64,000 nucleotides of DNA, taken from Labilithrix sp. GTDB lineage: Bacteria > Myxococcota_A > Polyangia > Polyangiales > Polyangiaceae. Within the stretch, counting starts at the first letter, position 1; every line of letters begins with the position of its first letter. The position numbers and the translations under genes are program-made. The notes under the pieces were generated by a model. That model was not told where the DNA came from and made no database searches. It saw nothing but the letters and a program-made list of their open reading frames with translations. Of the stretch, positions 1-9,849 are shown one piece after another. The stretch covers positions 123,730-187,729 of the forward strand of contig JAXLYU010000014.1 of the NCBI GenBank assembly GCA_046351255.1, written 5' to 3'.

Positions 1-135
1 GACGCCCCGGCTGGAAAGTTCGCGCTGGATCCGAATCTTGGATCCTCGAGGCCCCAACCCTCGGGCGCGGTCATCGAGAATCATTGGGGATTTGTGTACC
101 GTAGGTGTGGCGCCTACCTTGCACCACATCGGGGC

Positions 136-1692
136 ATGAGCGGTATGACCCGACGCCAAGCGCTTCACCTCCTCGGTCTGGGCGGCCTCGCCATGATGGG
201 GTGCAGCACGGAAGAGCCGGACGGGGAACCCGCCGTTCAGGAAGGCGACTTCAGCAAGAGCTGCGCGGAGGAGCGGCTTCGTACGTCCGCCGCCTCGTCG
301 CCGGACGCGCTCCGTCGCTACGAGCACATCGTCGTCCTCATGATGGAGAACCGCTCGTTCGATCACTACTTCGGTCACCTCAGCATGCCGACGTCGCTCG
401 GCGGCGAGGGCCGCACCGATGTCGACGGCCTCAAGGGCAACGAGGCGCAGTACCTCCAGCGCACGATCGGCGGTGAGGTCGAGAAGTTCGGCCTCTTCCA
501 CGCCGCGACGCGCAAGATCGGGGACATCTCCCACGAGTGGGACGACTGCCATCTGCAGTTCAACAACGGCCTGATGAACGGCTTCATCCAGGCCCACTTC
601 AACGACATGCTCCGCGGCAACAAGGCGAACTGCGCGAGCAAGTGCGCGGCGATCGGCGATCCGATGGCCTACTACAAGCGCCAGGACACGCCGGTCCTCC
701 ACGAGCTCTTCGACAACTACGCCCTCTGCGATCGCTGGTTCTCGTCCGTGATGGGGCCGACGTGGCCGAACCGCTTCTACCTCCACGCGGGCACGTCGAT
801 GGGCATCAGGACCAACGACAAGATGGACACGGACAGCCATCCGAACGATCCCGGCGAGACGCGCACCATCTGGCACGAGCTCCGCTCCAAGTGCGTGAAC
901 GCGGTCAACTACACGATGGACGTGGCCTGGAATCAGGGCGGCTTCGGCATCTTCAACTCGACGCCGACGCGCTCGGTCTACAAGCACGCCGCCCCGCCGC
1001 ACGACCACGGCGGCGCGCCTCCCAACCCGCCGGAGAGCTTCGAGGAGGCCTGCGAGCGCGGGACGCTGCCGAGCGTCTCGATCATCGATCCGGCGTTCAT
1101 CTTCGCGCCGTGCGACGACCACCCGCCCCACGACATCAAGGCCGGTCAGGCGTTCATCTCGTCGATCTACAAGCTGCTCACGAAGAACCCGAAGCAGTGG
1201 GAGAAGACGCTCTTCATCATCACGTACGACGAGCATGGCAGCTTCTACGACCACGTGAAGCCGCCCACCGTCGCCGAGGAAGAGCGCCCGGAGTTCCAGC
1301 AGCTCGGCTTCCGCGTGCCGGCCCTCGTGATCGGGCCTCACGTGAAGAAGAACTACGTCTCGCACGTGCAGTACGACCACACGTCCTTCCTGAGCACGGT
1401 CACGCGCCGCTTCGGGCTCGACCCGCTGAACCGTCGCGTCGCGACTGCGAACGACGTGAGCGACTGCATCGATCGCAACTCCGTCGAGACGCTGCACTCG
1501 CCCTCTCCGATCGGGCTTCGCAACGTGAACCTGAACGAGAGCCTCGTCCACGAGTCGATCCGCGAGAGCCTCGGTCAGAGCGAGCTCGCGAACGTGGTCC
1601 TCGGCGGTCCGGCCACCCTCGAGGAGAAGCGCCGTCAGACGGACCAGATGCTCGCCGCGTTCGATCGCATCGGCGTGGCGAGCATCCGTTAG
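136..1692 (+). CDS. Phosphoesterase-family phospholipase C / acid phosphatase (PF04185-like), Tat-exported lipoprotein
   Basis: Motif HIVVLMMENRSFDHYFG characteristic of non-haemolytic phospholipase C / phosphoesterase family; N-terminus MSGMTRRQALHLLGLGGLAMMGCS carries an RR Tat motif and a lipobox Cys; internal Met at ORF codon 15 chosen as start. Confidence 0.8.
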   Translation: MSGMTRRQALHLLGLGGLAMMGCSTEEPDGEPAVQEGDFSKSCAEERLRTSAASSPDALRRYEHIVVLMMENRSFDHYFGHLSMPTSLGGEGRTDVDGLKGNEAQYLQRTIGGEVEKFGLFHAATRKIGDISHEWDDCHLQFNNGLMNGFIQAHFNDMLRGNKANCASKCAAIGDPMAYYKRQDTPVLHELFDNYALCDRWFSSVMGPTWPNRFYLHAGTSMGIRTNDKMDTDSHPNDPGETRTIWHELRSKCVNAVNYTMDVAWNQGGFGIFNSTPTRSVYKHAAPPHDHGGAPPNPPESFEEACERGTLPSVSIIDPAFIFAPCDDHPPHDIKAGQAFISSIYKLLTKNPKQWEKTLFIITYDEHGSFYDHVKPPTVAEEERPEFQQLGFRVPALVIGPHVKKNYVSHVQYDHTSFLSTVTRRFGLDPLNRRVATANDVSDCIDRNSVETLHSPSPIGLRNVNLNESLVHESIRESLGQSELANVVLGGPATLEEKRRQTDQMLAAFDRIGVASIR

Positions 1693-1720
1693 TCGGGCGT
1701 TTGCCCGTCCGGCGCGTCGT

Positions 1721-4321
1721 CTACTCGAGCGTCTGCACCGCCGCGGGGTACGTGTCGATCATGAGGTAGGCGCGCATCTTCGCCGGGCGGAGGCTCTCGG
1801 GGAAGCTCACGACGACCGACGTGAGCTCACCGTTCGGGCCAGCGGTCCGCATCGTCGTCGCGGCGAGGCCGTACTTCAGGCTGAGCGGGCGGTTCGTGGT
1901 CGCGTCGACGAGGAGCACGCCCACGCTGTGCTCGCTCAGCTTCAGCGACGAGCCGGTGACGTTCGCGATGACGCTCGGGTTCGTGGCGAGGCCGCCGAGC
2001 CAGCCGCCGGCCTTCGTGAAGGTGACGGTGCCGACACCGCTCGGGGCCTTCGCCACACCGCCGTTCCAGGGGCGGAGGTTCGTGGCGCCGAACACGTTGA
2101 GCACGTCGGTGGTCGGGTTGCAGAAGCCGAGCTTCGCGAGGAACGGGCCGTAGAACGGGATGTTCTGGCACTTCGTCTTCACGTGGACGCCGGGCTGCGA
2201 GACGGGCGTGCCGTCCGCGCCGAGGTGCGCGCTCACGCGGAAGAGATCGAAGGGCATGTCGAAGTTCATCGCGTTGACGGTGAAGCCCGACTCGTTCACG
2301 AGATCGAGGAGGCCGTCGCGGTACGAGACCTCGACCGGGAAGAGCACCTTCGTCTCCGGATCGATGACGGTCTTGTCGTTCGCGTCGAGCATGCCGCCGA
2401 CGACCCAGCCGATGCGCTTGTCGCCGCTGCCCTCGACCATGCCGACGACGTAGTGGAGCGAGTCGAAGCCGATCTGGTTGTAGCTGGGCATGACCGTGGG
2501 GTACGGCACCGCGATCCGATTCAGCTCGAGGACGCCGGAGGGATCGCCGGCGCGCGCCGGGACGGGTAGGTCGTAGGCGGGGCCGCCGGCGCCGAGCGCG
2601 AGCTCGAACGTCTGATCGAACGCGCCTGCCTTCGTGCCGCCGGAGAAGAGGAGCCCTTCGCGCGACGGGTTCACGAGGTAGTCGCCGCGCACGCGGATCT
2701 TCACCTTGCCGGCGGCGTTCGCGGCGAAGCGCGACTTCGGGACGATCGTGACGAAGCGGCGGTCGCCCGAGGTGTCGACGTCGACCTCGGCCGGCGGATC
2801 GAGCGTGACCTTCAGGGTGCGCTCGTCGAGGAGCGCGAGCTTCGTGTCGCCGCTCGTGCGCTTCATCAGAGTGAACGCGAGCGGCTGGTTCGCCTCGACC
2901 TTCGCGGGTGGCTCGGGGAGCACGCTGCCGAGCGGCGTCGTGAAGAGCAGGCTCGCGCCGTCATCGGGCAGCGCCTCCTTCGCGCTCACGTCGCAGTCGG
3001 CGTCGCCGGCGGCGTCCGCGCGGAGGCAGTAGTCGTACGGCGTGGCGAAGATCTCGCCGCTCTCGCCCGCGATGACGATGAGGTCTTTGCCGAGCGCGGG
3101 CGAGCCACCGAAGTCGTTGCGGTCGCTCTTGATGAGCTGGCGGCTGAAGCGGAGCGTACCGTTCCGGTTCAGGACATAGAGCCGGCCGTCGCCGCCGCCG
3201 AAGTAGATGTTGTCGTCCGCGTCGATCGCGGGCGACGAGCGAATGGGCTCGCGCGTGTCGAACTGCCAGCGAAGCGCGCCCGTCTTCGGATCGAGCGCGT
3301 AGACCGTGCCGTCCGTCGAGGGCTGGATGATCGTGCCGTCGGAGAGCGCGCCGGGGCTCGCGTAGACGTGGTCGTTCGTGGCGAACTTCCAGAGCTCGGC
3401 GCCGGTGTCCTGCGCGTAGGCCCGGACGTAGCCGTCGAACGCGCCCAGGATCATGCGGCCGTCGGAGAGCATCGGGCTCGCCGCGATCGTCGCCTGCACG
3501 CCCGTGCCCCAGAGCTCCCGTCCCGAGGGCGAGATGGCGAACGTGTTCCGCCAGAAGCTCATCATCCACGAGTAACCGGCGATGTAGTTGTTCCCCATGT
3601 AGAGGTTGCCGGTCGCGGGATCGATCGCGGGGAGCGACCACGTCTGATCGTTCATGAGCCACGGCCATCCGGGCTTGCTCGTGCCGCCGTCGCGCTCGAG
3701 GCCGTAGATGTGACGGTTGTCGTTCGGGGCGTAGAGCGTGCCGTCGGGGCCGATGGCGATGTTGCCTTCGAACCACTTGATGTAGCCGCCCGTGGTCGAC
3801 GGCTCCGCGGCGGCGAAGCGCCAGACCTCGCGCCCGTCGTGCACGTCGAGCGCGCGAACGAAGCCGTCGCCCGCGCCGTAATAGACGCGGCCCTTGTCGT
3901 CGAGCAGCGCGGACGAGTCGACGATCTCGCCGTTTTTCACCTTCCACCGAAGGTCACCGTGCCGGTCGAGCGCGTAGAAGTACGTGTCCGCCGAGCCGAC
4001 GTACACGTTCTCGTTGCCGTCGATGACGGCGGTGGAGAAGATGCCCTTGCCGGTCTTGAACGACCACGGCTTCGTGGCCGCGTTCGCGCGTGCGTGCACG
4101 GGGCTCCGTCCGTCCTGACGCAGGTCACGCCGGAACTTCGGCCACGGGCTTCGGGGATCGAGCGGTGCGTCGGAGCACTTCCCGCCCGCCGTCTCGCAGG
4201 CGGCGGTGAGCTCATCGACGGCGGAGGCGCTCTCCTCCTCCCGAACGCCGCACGCGGCGATGACCGAGACCAGACCGAACGAACCGACGAGGAATTTCCG
4301 CATTGCGCCGGCGAAATGCAC
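1721..4321 (-). CDS. PQQ-like beta-propeller repeat lipoprotein with large C-terminal extension
   Basis: Lipoprotein signal MRKFLVGSFGLVSVIAACG; repeated YxGSxDxxxYAxDxxxGxxxW units (VYVGSADTYFYALDRHGDLRWK, VYYGAGDGFVRALDVHDGREVWRF, etc.) typical of PQQ/BamB-type propellers; about 400 aa C-terminal beta-rich region of unknown function. Confidence 0.7.
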   Translation of the reverse strand: MHFAGAMRKFLVGSFGLVSVIAACGVREEESASAVDELTAACETAGGKCSDAPLDPRSPWPKFRRDLRQDGRSPVHARANAATKPWSFKTGKGIFSTAVIDGNENVYVGSADTYFYALDRHGDLRWKVKNGEIVDSSALLDDKGRVYYGAGDGFVRALDVHDGREVWRFAAAEPSTTGGYIKWFEGNIAIGPDGTLYAPNDNRHIYGLERDGGTSKPGWPWLMNDQTWSLPAIDPATGNLYMGNNYIAGYSWMMSFWRNTFAISPSGRELWGTGVQATIAASPMLSDGRMILGAFDGYVRAYAQDTGAELWKFATNDHVYASPGALSDGTIIQPSTDGTVYALDPKTGALRWQFDTREPIRSSPAIDADDNIYFGGGDGRLYVLNRNGTLRFSRQLIKSDRNDFGGSPALGKDLIVIAGESGEIFATPYDYCLRADAAGDADCDVSAKEALPDDGASLLFTTPLGSVLPEPPAKVEANQPLAFTLMKRTSGDTKLALLDERTLKVTLDPPAEVDVDTSGDRRFVTIVPKSRFAANAAGKVKIRVRGDYLVNPSREGLLFSGGTKAGAFDQTFELALGAGGPAYDLPVPARAGDPSGVLELNRIAVPYPTVMPSYNQIGFDSLHYVVGMVEGSGDKRIGWVVGGMLDANDKTVIDPETKVLFPVEVSYRDGLLDLVNESGFTVNAMNFDMPFDLFRVSAHLGADGTPVSQPGVHVKTKCQNIPFYGPFLAKLGFCNPTTDVLNVFGATNLRPWNGGVAKAPSGVGTVTFTKAGGWLGGLATNPSVIANVTGSSLKLSEHSVGVLLVDATTNRPLSLKYGLAATTMRTAGPNGELTSVVVSFPESLRPAKMRAYLMIDTYPAAVQTLE

Positions 4322-4477
4322 GCTGCGTACCTGTGCCTACATTGGAACCTTTCACGCGTCCGGCGAAGGAAACACACGTGTTTTATCGGGCGCGGTCGAT
4401 CACCGGTGCATGATCTGGTGGTGCATGGACGCTTCAGCGAAGACGCGCGTCCTCGTTTCTGAAATCGCCGCGCGCGC

Positions 4478-5089
4478 TCAGTTGCGCTTCTCGTAGTCGA
4501 CGGCGGCCTGGACGGAGGGCCAGGCCGTCATGCGCGCGAGGTACTCCTTGAGCGTGCCATCGAGCTTCGTCTTCGTCAGGAAGCTGAAGGCGCGGAGGGC
4601 CCAGAAGGCGTACGCGTCGGCGATCGTGAACGAGTCTCCGAAGATGAAGGCGCGGGCGCCGAGCTGCGTGCGGAGGAGCTCGACGCGCTGCGTGAGGCGC
4701 GTCTTCACCCAGGCGAGCGAGTCGTCGTTCATCTGCGGGATGAGCGTGTACGGGGAGAAGCCCTTGTGGAGCTCGGTGGCGATGAAGTGGAGGAGCTCCT
4801 CGAAGCGGACGCGCTCGAAGGTGCCGACGCGCGGCGCGAGGTTCTTCTCCGCGTGCTGGTCCGCGAGGTACCGGATGATGACCGACAGCTCCGTCAGCCG
4901 CTCGCCGTTGTCGAGCTCGAGGATCGGGACGTAGTCCTTCGGCGTCACCGCGCGGAGCTTCGTGCCCGTGCCGTCCGCCGCTTCCTTCGACGCGAAGTCG
5001 AACTTCACGAGATCGAACGTCGCGCCCAGCTCTCGAAGCACGATGTGCGGGACCAGCGAGCAGACCTGCGGCGAGTAATAGAGCTTCAT
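4478..5089 (-). CDS. Glutathione S-transferase
   Basis: MKLYYSPQVCSLVPHIVLRELG... matches the GST N-terminal thioredoxin-like fold start (MKLYYxP.S) with a C-terminal alpha domain; start moved to the internal Met (ORF codon 34) because upstream residues are Arg-rich junk. Confidence 0.8.
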   Translation of the reverse strand: MKLYYSPQVCSLVPHIVLRELGATFDLVKFDFASKEAADGTGTKLRAVTPKDYVPILELDNGERLTELSVIIRYLADQHAEKNLAPRVGTFERVRFEELLHFIATELHKGFSPYTLIPQMNDDSLAWVKTRLTQRVELLRTQLGARAFIFGDSFTIADAYAFWALRAFSFLTKTKLDGTLKEYLARMTAWPSVQAAVDYEKRN

Positions 5090-5129
5090 GTGCACGGCAC
5101 TGTAGCCGGCCGCCGCACGTCCAGCCACG

Positions 5130-7712
5130 TCACTTCGGGAGCCACGCGTACATGCGCGCGGCGAAGCCCTCGATCGCCTTCGTCGCATCCTCCCGGCTCG
5201 TCACGACCCCGTCCGTGATGGTGGCCGCGCTCTTCGTCCCATCCGAGGCCCGGATCTGCGTCGAGAGCCAGACGTCGCCGTTCGAGCCGCAGCCGAGCTC
5301 GAGGTCGACCGAGGCGCCGTCTCGCGTCCACGTCGCGCGTGGCCCCGCGACGAAGCCGCGCTGCTCGAGCGCGGGACCGAGGATCTGCGTCACGAGCTTC
5401 TCCGGGACGTAACCCCGCTTTCGCTCGTAGAGGCTCCAGAAGCACGCGAGGAGCTTCTCCTCGAACGCGTCGCGGAGCGCGGGGTCGGGCATCTCCTCGG
5501 GCACGTCGCCGAAGACGACGAGGAGCTGCCGCTTCGTGCGGACCACGCGGACGCCCTCGAGCGTGCGCGCGGCAGCGGCGAGCTCGTCGAGGTCGTAGAA
5601 GGGCTCGTGCTCGGGGCCGAAGCCGGTGATCCATCGGTACTCGTGGATGAGGAGGCCCAGGCGCTTGCCGTACGTCTCCACCACGTTGCCGTCGTCCTGA
5701 CGACGGAGGAACGGGGCGGACACGCTGTCGATCTTCCGGGCCTCCAGAAATTCGGCGAGCCACGCGAGGAACGAGTCGAGATCGAAGTCGGGGCGGCGTG
5801 GCGCGGTGACGGCGACCCAGCTGCGACGGAGCACGGCCTGGACCAGCTCCGAGCTCTTCTTCTGGTAGACGAGAACGTGCGTCGTGCGCTTCTTCGCGAG
5901 CGCCTTCCTCACCGCCGCGAGGCCGTCGGCCGGGAGGGGCTCGTGCCCGCCGTTGGAATTGACGTTCATCGAGTCGAACGAGAGCGAGAGCGGCGGCGAC
6001 GCGAGCGCGCTCCAGATCGCGTCGAGGTCGTCCTCGATCCCGTCCGCGGTGAAGAACGCGAGCTTGATGCGCGGCGCGTCGTTCGGACGGCTCTCGACCT
6101 CGCGATCCCAGGGCACGTCGATCTTTCGAAGGTGCTTCGCGTCGGTGAGGGCGGTCTCGAGCGTGGCCAGCGCATGGCGATCCCACGCGAGGCCGCCCCC
6201 GGGCTCGACCACGAGCTCGGTGAGCTGCGAGAGCGACCGGATCACCTGTCCGAGCTCGCGCGGGCCTGGCAGGTGGAGCTCCGGGCTCGCGGGGAACGCG
6301 CGGAGACGCGTGAACCGACCTTGCTCGTCGCGACGGAGCTCGAAGCGCCACTTGCCCTCGTCGGCGGTGAACCATTCGCGCGCTTCGAGGATCGGGACGT
6401 CGATCTTCGCGTCGACGATCGCCGCGAGCGGGAATCGCCAGCCGACGATCACGAGCCGCTCGAGCCCGGCCGGAAGCGGACCCTGGACGTAGGCGGCCAC
6501 ATCCCCCGGGTCCTGGCCGATCCCGAAGCTCCTGAGGCGCGGGAAGCCGGCCGCGATCGTGCGCCGGCGCTCGAGCACCTCCGGCGTGACCTCGGCGCGG
6601 GTCTCGAGCTCCATCTGGAGCTCCTCGAGCCGCGGGGCGAGGCCCTCGGCGGCGATGCGTTCGAGCGCGACCTCGGGCACACGCGCGAGCGAGCGGAGGT
6701 TGCGGAGCCACGGCGCCGCGAGGAGCCCGGGGATGGTCTCCTCGCGAAACTGGAGGAAAGAGAGCGACTCGACGAGCGCCCACTCCGGATGCGCGAGCTC
6801 GGACGCCGTGAGCGTGGCGCTGTCGAGGACGATGCCGCGGGAGAGAAAGCCTCGCGTGAACACGCGTGACTCCTTCTGGAACACGCGATCGAGCGGCCCC
6901 GCCCACGCGCGCCCGTGCTTCTTGAGGAGGGCCGCCTCCCGCTTCTTCGCCGCCGGCGTGGGCTTCGGCGCGAGCTGCAGCGTGATGAGCTCGCCGCGCG
7001 GGTCGCCGCGCTCCGTGAGCCAGTCGGCGAACACGGCGCGGAGCTCGTCGTCGTCGGGCGCGGCGTGGATCGCGGCGAGGAAGTCGGCCTCGCTCTTCTC
7101 GACCGTCTCCTCCGCGCGTCGCTCGCCGGCGAAGAGCGCCTCGACGGCCACGAGGGCGGTCTCGTCGGCGGCGGAGAGCGGTGGCGGCGCGACGATCGCC
7201 TCGAGCGCGCTCTGGAACGACGGCTCTGCGACCCGGCCCCAGGCGCGTGACCTCGCGCGGGCGAGCTCCGCCTCGAGGACGGACCTCGTGCGAAGGTCGC
7301 GGGCGCGCGCCACGATGCGCAGGGCGGCGTAGTAGAAGGCAGACGAGGCGCGGCTCTCGAAGGTCACGGTCGTGACGAGCCGCGCGAGGAAGGCCGCGAT
7401 CCTCGGGTCCTCCGGGAACTTCGCGAGCGCATCGAGGAGCGCGATGAGGTCTTGCCACTTGCCCGGCCACGGCGTCGCGAGGAGCGCGCCCACCCGCACC
7501 GGCTCTGGCTTCTCCGCGAGCTCGAGCCACGCCGCGGTGCGGGCCTTGACCGTCGCGGCCGTGATCGGCTCAGCAGGCAGTCGCGACGCGACGCGGTCGA
7601 CAAGGTCGGCGATGCGCACGGCGCGCGTCTCGCGCCAGGCCTGCAGCAGCACGTCGAGCGCGCGGCTCCAGTCCTCGCGGCCGATCGCCTCGGCCGCCTG
7701 GGCGAGGCTCAT
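5130..7712 (-). CDS. TIGR02996 (repeat-companion domain) containing protein, 860 aa
   Basis: Internal segment DDELRAVFADWLTERGDPRGELITLQ matches the LxxVYADWLEERGDPRAEFI signature of TIGR02996 domains known from Gemmata and Sorangium; helical N-terminal region; LRR-like segments downstream; start overlaps glutaminase stop by 4 nt. Confidence 0.6.
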   Translation of the reverse strand: MSLAQAAEAIGREDWSRALDVLLQAWRETRAVRIADLVDRVASRLPAEPITAATVKARTAAWLELAEKPEPVRVGALLATPWPGKWQDLIALLDALAKFPEDPRIAAFLARLVTTVTFESRASSAFYYAALRIVARARDLRTRSVLEAELARARSRAWGRVAEPSFQSALEAIVAPPPLSAADETALVAVEALFAGERRAEETVEKSEADFLAAIHAAPDDDELRAVFADWLTERGDPRGELITLQLAPKPTPAAKKREAALLKKHGRAWAGPLDRVFQKESRVFTRGFLSRGIVLDSATLTASELAHPEWALVESLSFLQFREETIPGLLAAPWLRNLRSLARVPEVALERIAAEGLAPRLEELQMELETRAEVTPEVLERRRTIAAGFPRLRSFGIGQDPGDVAAYVQGPLPAGLERLVIVGWRFPLAAIVDAKIDVPILEAREWFTADEGKWRFELRRDEQGRFTRLRAFPASPELHLPGPRELGQVIRSLSQLTELVVEPGGGLAWDRHALATLETALTDAKHLRKIDVPWDREVESRPNDAPRIKLAFFTADGIEDDLDAIWSALASPPLSLSFDSMNVNSNGGHEPLPADGLAAVRKALAKKRTTHVLVYQKKSSELVQAVLRRSWVAVTAPRRPDFDLDSFLAWLAEFLEARKIDSVSAPFLRRQDDGNVVETYGKRLGLLIHEYRWITGFGPEHEPFYDLDELAAAARTLEGVRVVRTKRQLLVVFGDVPEEMPDPALRDAFEEKLLACFWSLYERKRGYVPEKLVTQILGPALEQRGFVAGPRATWTRDGASVDLELGCGSNGDVWLSTQIRASDGTKSAATITDGVVTSREDATKAIEGFAARMYAWLPK

Positions 7713-8704
7713 CGCGGCGGCTGGCGGGGATCGCGCTTGGTCGCCAGCGAGTTCACGAGGTCGTCGTAGTTGTGGAAGTTGTAGTGTGCAACGAGCTCGT
7801 TGCAGAAGGCGAGGCCGCGCACGCTGTTACCGAGCGCATCGAGCCGCGGCGACCAGATGCAGAGCCCGAGCACGTTCGGGATGACGACCATCAGGCCGCC
7901 GGAGACGCCGCTCTTCGCGGGGAGGCCGATCGTGAACGCGAACTCCCCGGAGAAGTCGTACATCCCGCAGGAGTACATGAGCGAGAGACAGGCCCGCACC
8001 GTGTCGAACGCGAGCACGCGCTCGCCCGTGAGCGGGCACACGCCGCCGTTCGCGAGCGTGGCGGCGATGACGGCGCTCCGCTCGCAGGTCGTCTCGATGG
8101 AGCAGCACTGGAAGTAGAACTCGAGCGTCTGGATGAGGTCCGTGCCTTCGGGGAAGACACGCTTCTCCTTCATGAAGTATCCGAGGGCGTAGTTGCGGTC
8201 GCCCTTCTCGCGCTCGGAGAGGTAGACCGCGTTCGAGAACCCCGGCTTCGCGCCGCCCGCGAGCCGCTGCCACTGCGCCGTCACCCAGTCGAAGCGATCG
8301 GCGACGGTGGCGCCCTGCTTGATGAGCGAGCACGTCGCGATCGCGCCCGCGTTGATCATCGGGTTGTGCGGTCGATTCTCGTGGTTCAGCGTGAGCACGT
8401 TGAAGCCGCGCCCGCTCGGCTCGCGACCGACGACGTCGTGCACCTGCGCGATGCCGAGCTCCTCGACCGCGATGCAGTAGTTGATGGGCTTCATCGTCGA
8501 CTGCGCCGTGAAATCTGCGGTTGCGTCGCCGGTCGACCACTTCATGCCGTCGATGGTGCAGACGGCGGCGCCGTAGCCCTCCGGATCGACGCGCGCGAGC
8601 TGCGGGATGTAGGTCGCGACGGCGCCCTCCTTCTTCTCCCGCACGCGCTCGAAGAGGTCCGTGAGCTCCCGGCCAAAGGCCTCGAAATCGTGGATGACCG
8701 GCAC
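7709..8704 (-). CDS. glsA: Glutaminase
   Basis: YIPQLARVDPEGYGAAVCTIDG...STMKPINYCIAV...NPMINAGAI are hallmark segments of the serine-dependent glutaminase (beta-lactamase-like) family; GTG start. Confidence 0.85.
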   Translation of the reverse strand: MPVIHDFEAFGRELTDLFERVREKKEGAVATYIPQLARVDPEGYGAAVCTIDGMKWSTGDATADFTAQSTMKPINYCIAVEELGIAQVHDVVGREPSGRGFNVLTLNHENRPHNPMINAGAIATCSLIKQGATVADRFDWVTAQWQRLAGGAKPGFSNAVYLSEREKGDRNYALGYFMKEKRVFPEGTDLIQTLEFYFQCCSIETTCERSAVIAATLANGGVCPLTGERVLAFDTVRACLSLMYSCGMYDFSGEFAFTIGLPAKSGVSGGLMVVIPNVLGLCIWSPRLDALGNSVRGLAFCNELVAHYNFHNYDDLVNSLATKRDPRQPPR

Positions 8705-8708
8705 GCGC

Positions 8709-9290
8709 TCACGATATCGCGCGGAACCGCGAAAGCAGTCGAGAAAGCTCGCGCTCGCTGACGAAGATGTCCTCGATGGCGTCGTCCTCGAGGAGGGCCT
8801 CGTAGGTGCGCGCCGCGTCGTCGAGCGGGAGCTCGGCGAAGTGGTCGCTGGCCGTCTCGCCGACGACGATGAGCTCCTCTTGCGCGAGCCGCTTCACCAG
8901 CGCATCGCCGTCGAGCTCGGTGCCGCGGACGCCGTCGACCCAGGCCTCGTAGTCGTCGAGGTACCTCATGGCCGCCTCGCGGTCCGCGCTCACCGCGTCG
9001 CCGGCGAGCTCCGCCTTCACCGTGACCCCGATCTCGTGGAGCGCCCAGGTGAGGAGCGGCGCGCTCGCACCGTGCGCGGTCGCCTCGATGCGTCCGCCCT
9101 GGGCCGCGAAGTCGAGGACGAAGCCGGCGCACGCGTCCTCGTCGAGCGAGAGCTTGTTCGCGATGCGGAGCTCCTGCCCGCGGAGCTTCGCGCGCGGCGA
9201 GCTCCATCGCCCGAGGATGGGCGTCAGCCGCGCCGGGAGGAGATCACCACTCGCGCTCGTTCGGACGAGCTTCGGTTCGACGGTTTGCAC
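8709..9290 (-). CDS. Hypothetical acidic cytoplasmic protein (operonic with glutaminase)
   Basis: 193 aa ORF ending 5 nt upstream of the glsA start on the same strand; protein-like composition; no recognised motif. Confidence 0.5.
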   Translation of the reverse strand: MQTVEPKLVRTSASGDLLPARLTPILGRWSSPRAKLRGQELRIANKLSLDEDACAGFVLDFAAQGGRIEATAHGASAPLLTWALHEIGVTVKAELAGDAVSADREAAMRYLDDYEAWVDGVRGTELDGDALVKRLAQEELIVVGETASDHFAELPLDDAARTYEALLEDDAIEDIFVSERELSRLLSRFRAIS

Positions 9291-9396
9291 GCACCAAGCT
9301 TAGACGATGCTTCGCACGACGCCGCCGTCCACGCACACGGACGCGCCGTTCGTGGCGCTCGCGGCCTTTGCTGCCGAGATCAACGAGCGGGATGCC

Positions 9397-9849
9397 TCAG
9401 CGAGGGGCGAGGTGGCGGAAGAAGGTCTCGTACTGCGCCCGCATGTCGCCGCCGCCGATCTCGATGCACACCTGATCCTCGATCCAGCCACGCACGAGCG
9501 AGAAGCCGGCGTGCGGCGGCCCGTTGTGGACCTTCGACGCCGTCCAGCCCTCGCGCGCGAACACGGCGAGCACCTTGTCCGCGTCGCAACTATCGCTCGT
9601 GACGTAGACGTGGTGCGGCCACGACGGAGGGAGCGGGAGATCGCTCGGGGCGACGTCGTCGCTCCTCGCGCCCGCGCGCATGGTGGCGGGCCACACCTCG
9701 ATGGCGGAGCCGTCGGCGTCGCCCGCGTAGACGAGCAGGTTGCCCTGCGGGTGCGGCAGCGGGATGACCTTCGCTCCGAGGAGCTCAGCGAGGACGCGCG
9801 CGACGCGCTCGGGGTCGCGGGCCGGGATCGTGGCGTGATGAATCTTCAT
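9397..9849 (-). CDS. VOC/glyoxalase-family protein
   Basis: MKIHHATIPARDPERVARVLAELLGAKV... is the typical N-terminal beta-alpha-beta-beta-beta start of glyoxalase/bleomycin-resistance (VOC) proteins; about 150 aa; internal Met chosen as start. Confidence 0.7.
   Translation of the reverse strand: MKIHHATIPARDPERVARVLAELLGAKVIPLPHPQGNLLVYAGDADGSAIEVWPATMRAGARSDDVAPSDLPLPPSWPHHVYVTSDSCDADKVLAVFAREGWTASKVHNGPPHAGFSLVRGWIEDQVCIEIGGGDMRAQYETFFRHLAPR

Noticed and set aside
4322-4477. Possible sigma54-like GGCAC-N..-CGCA on the minus strand upstream of the PQQ-propeller gene
   Set aside because: The -12 box is ACGC rather than TTGC and the preceding base is not T. This is too weak to call.
5086-7530. 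814 aa minus-strand ORF (Arg/Ala/Gly-rich) overlapping the TIGR02996 gene
   Set aside because: It is the alternative frame of the 5130-7712 gene. Its composition (RRRARG...) is typical of high-GC out-of-frame translation, with no motifs.
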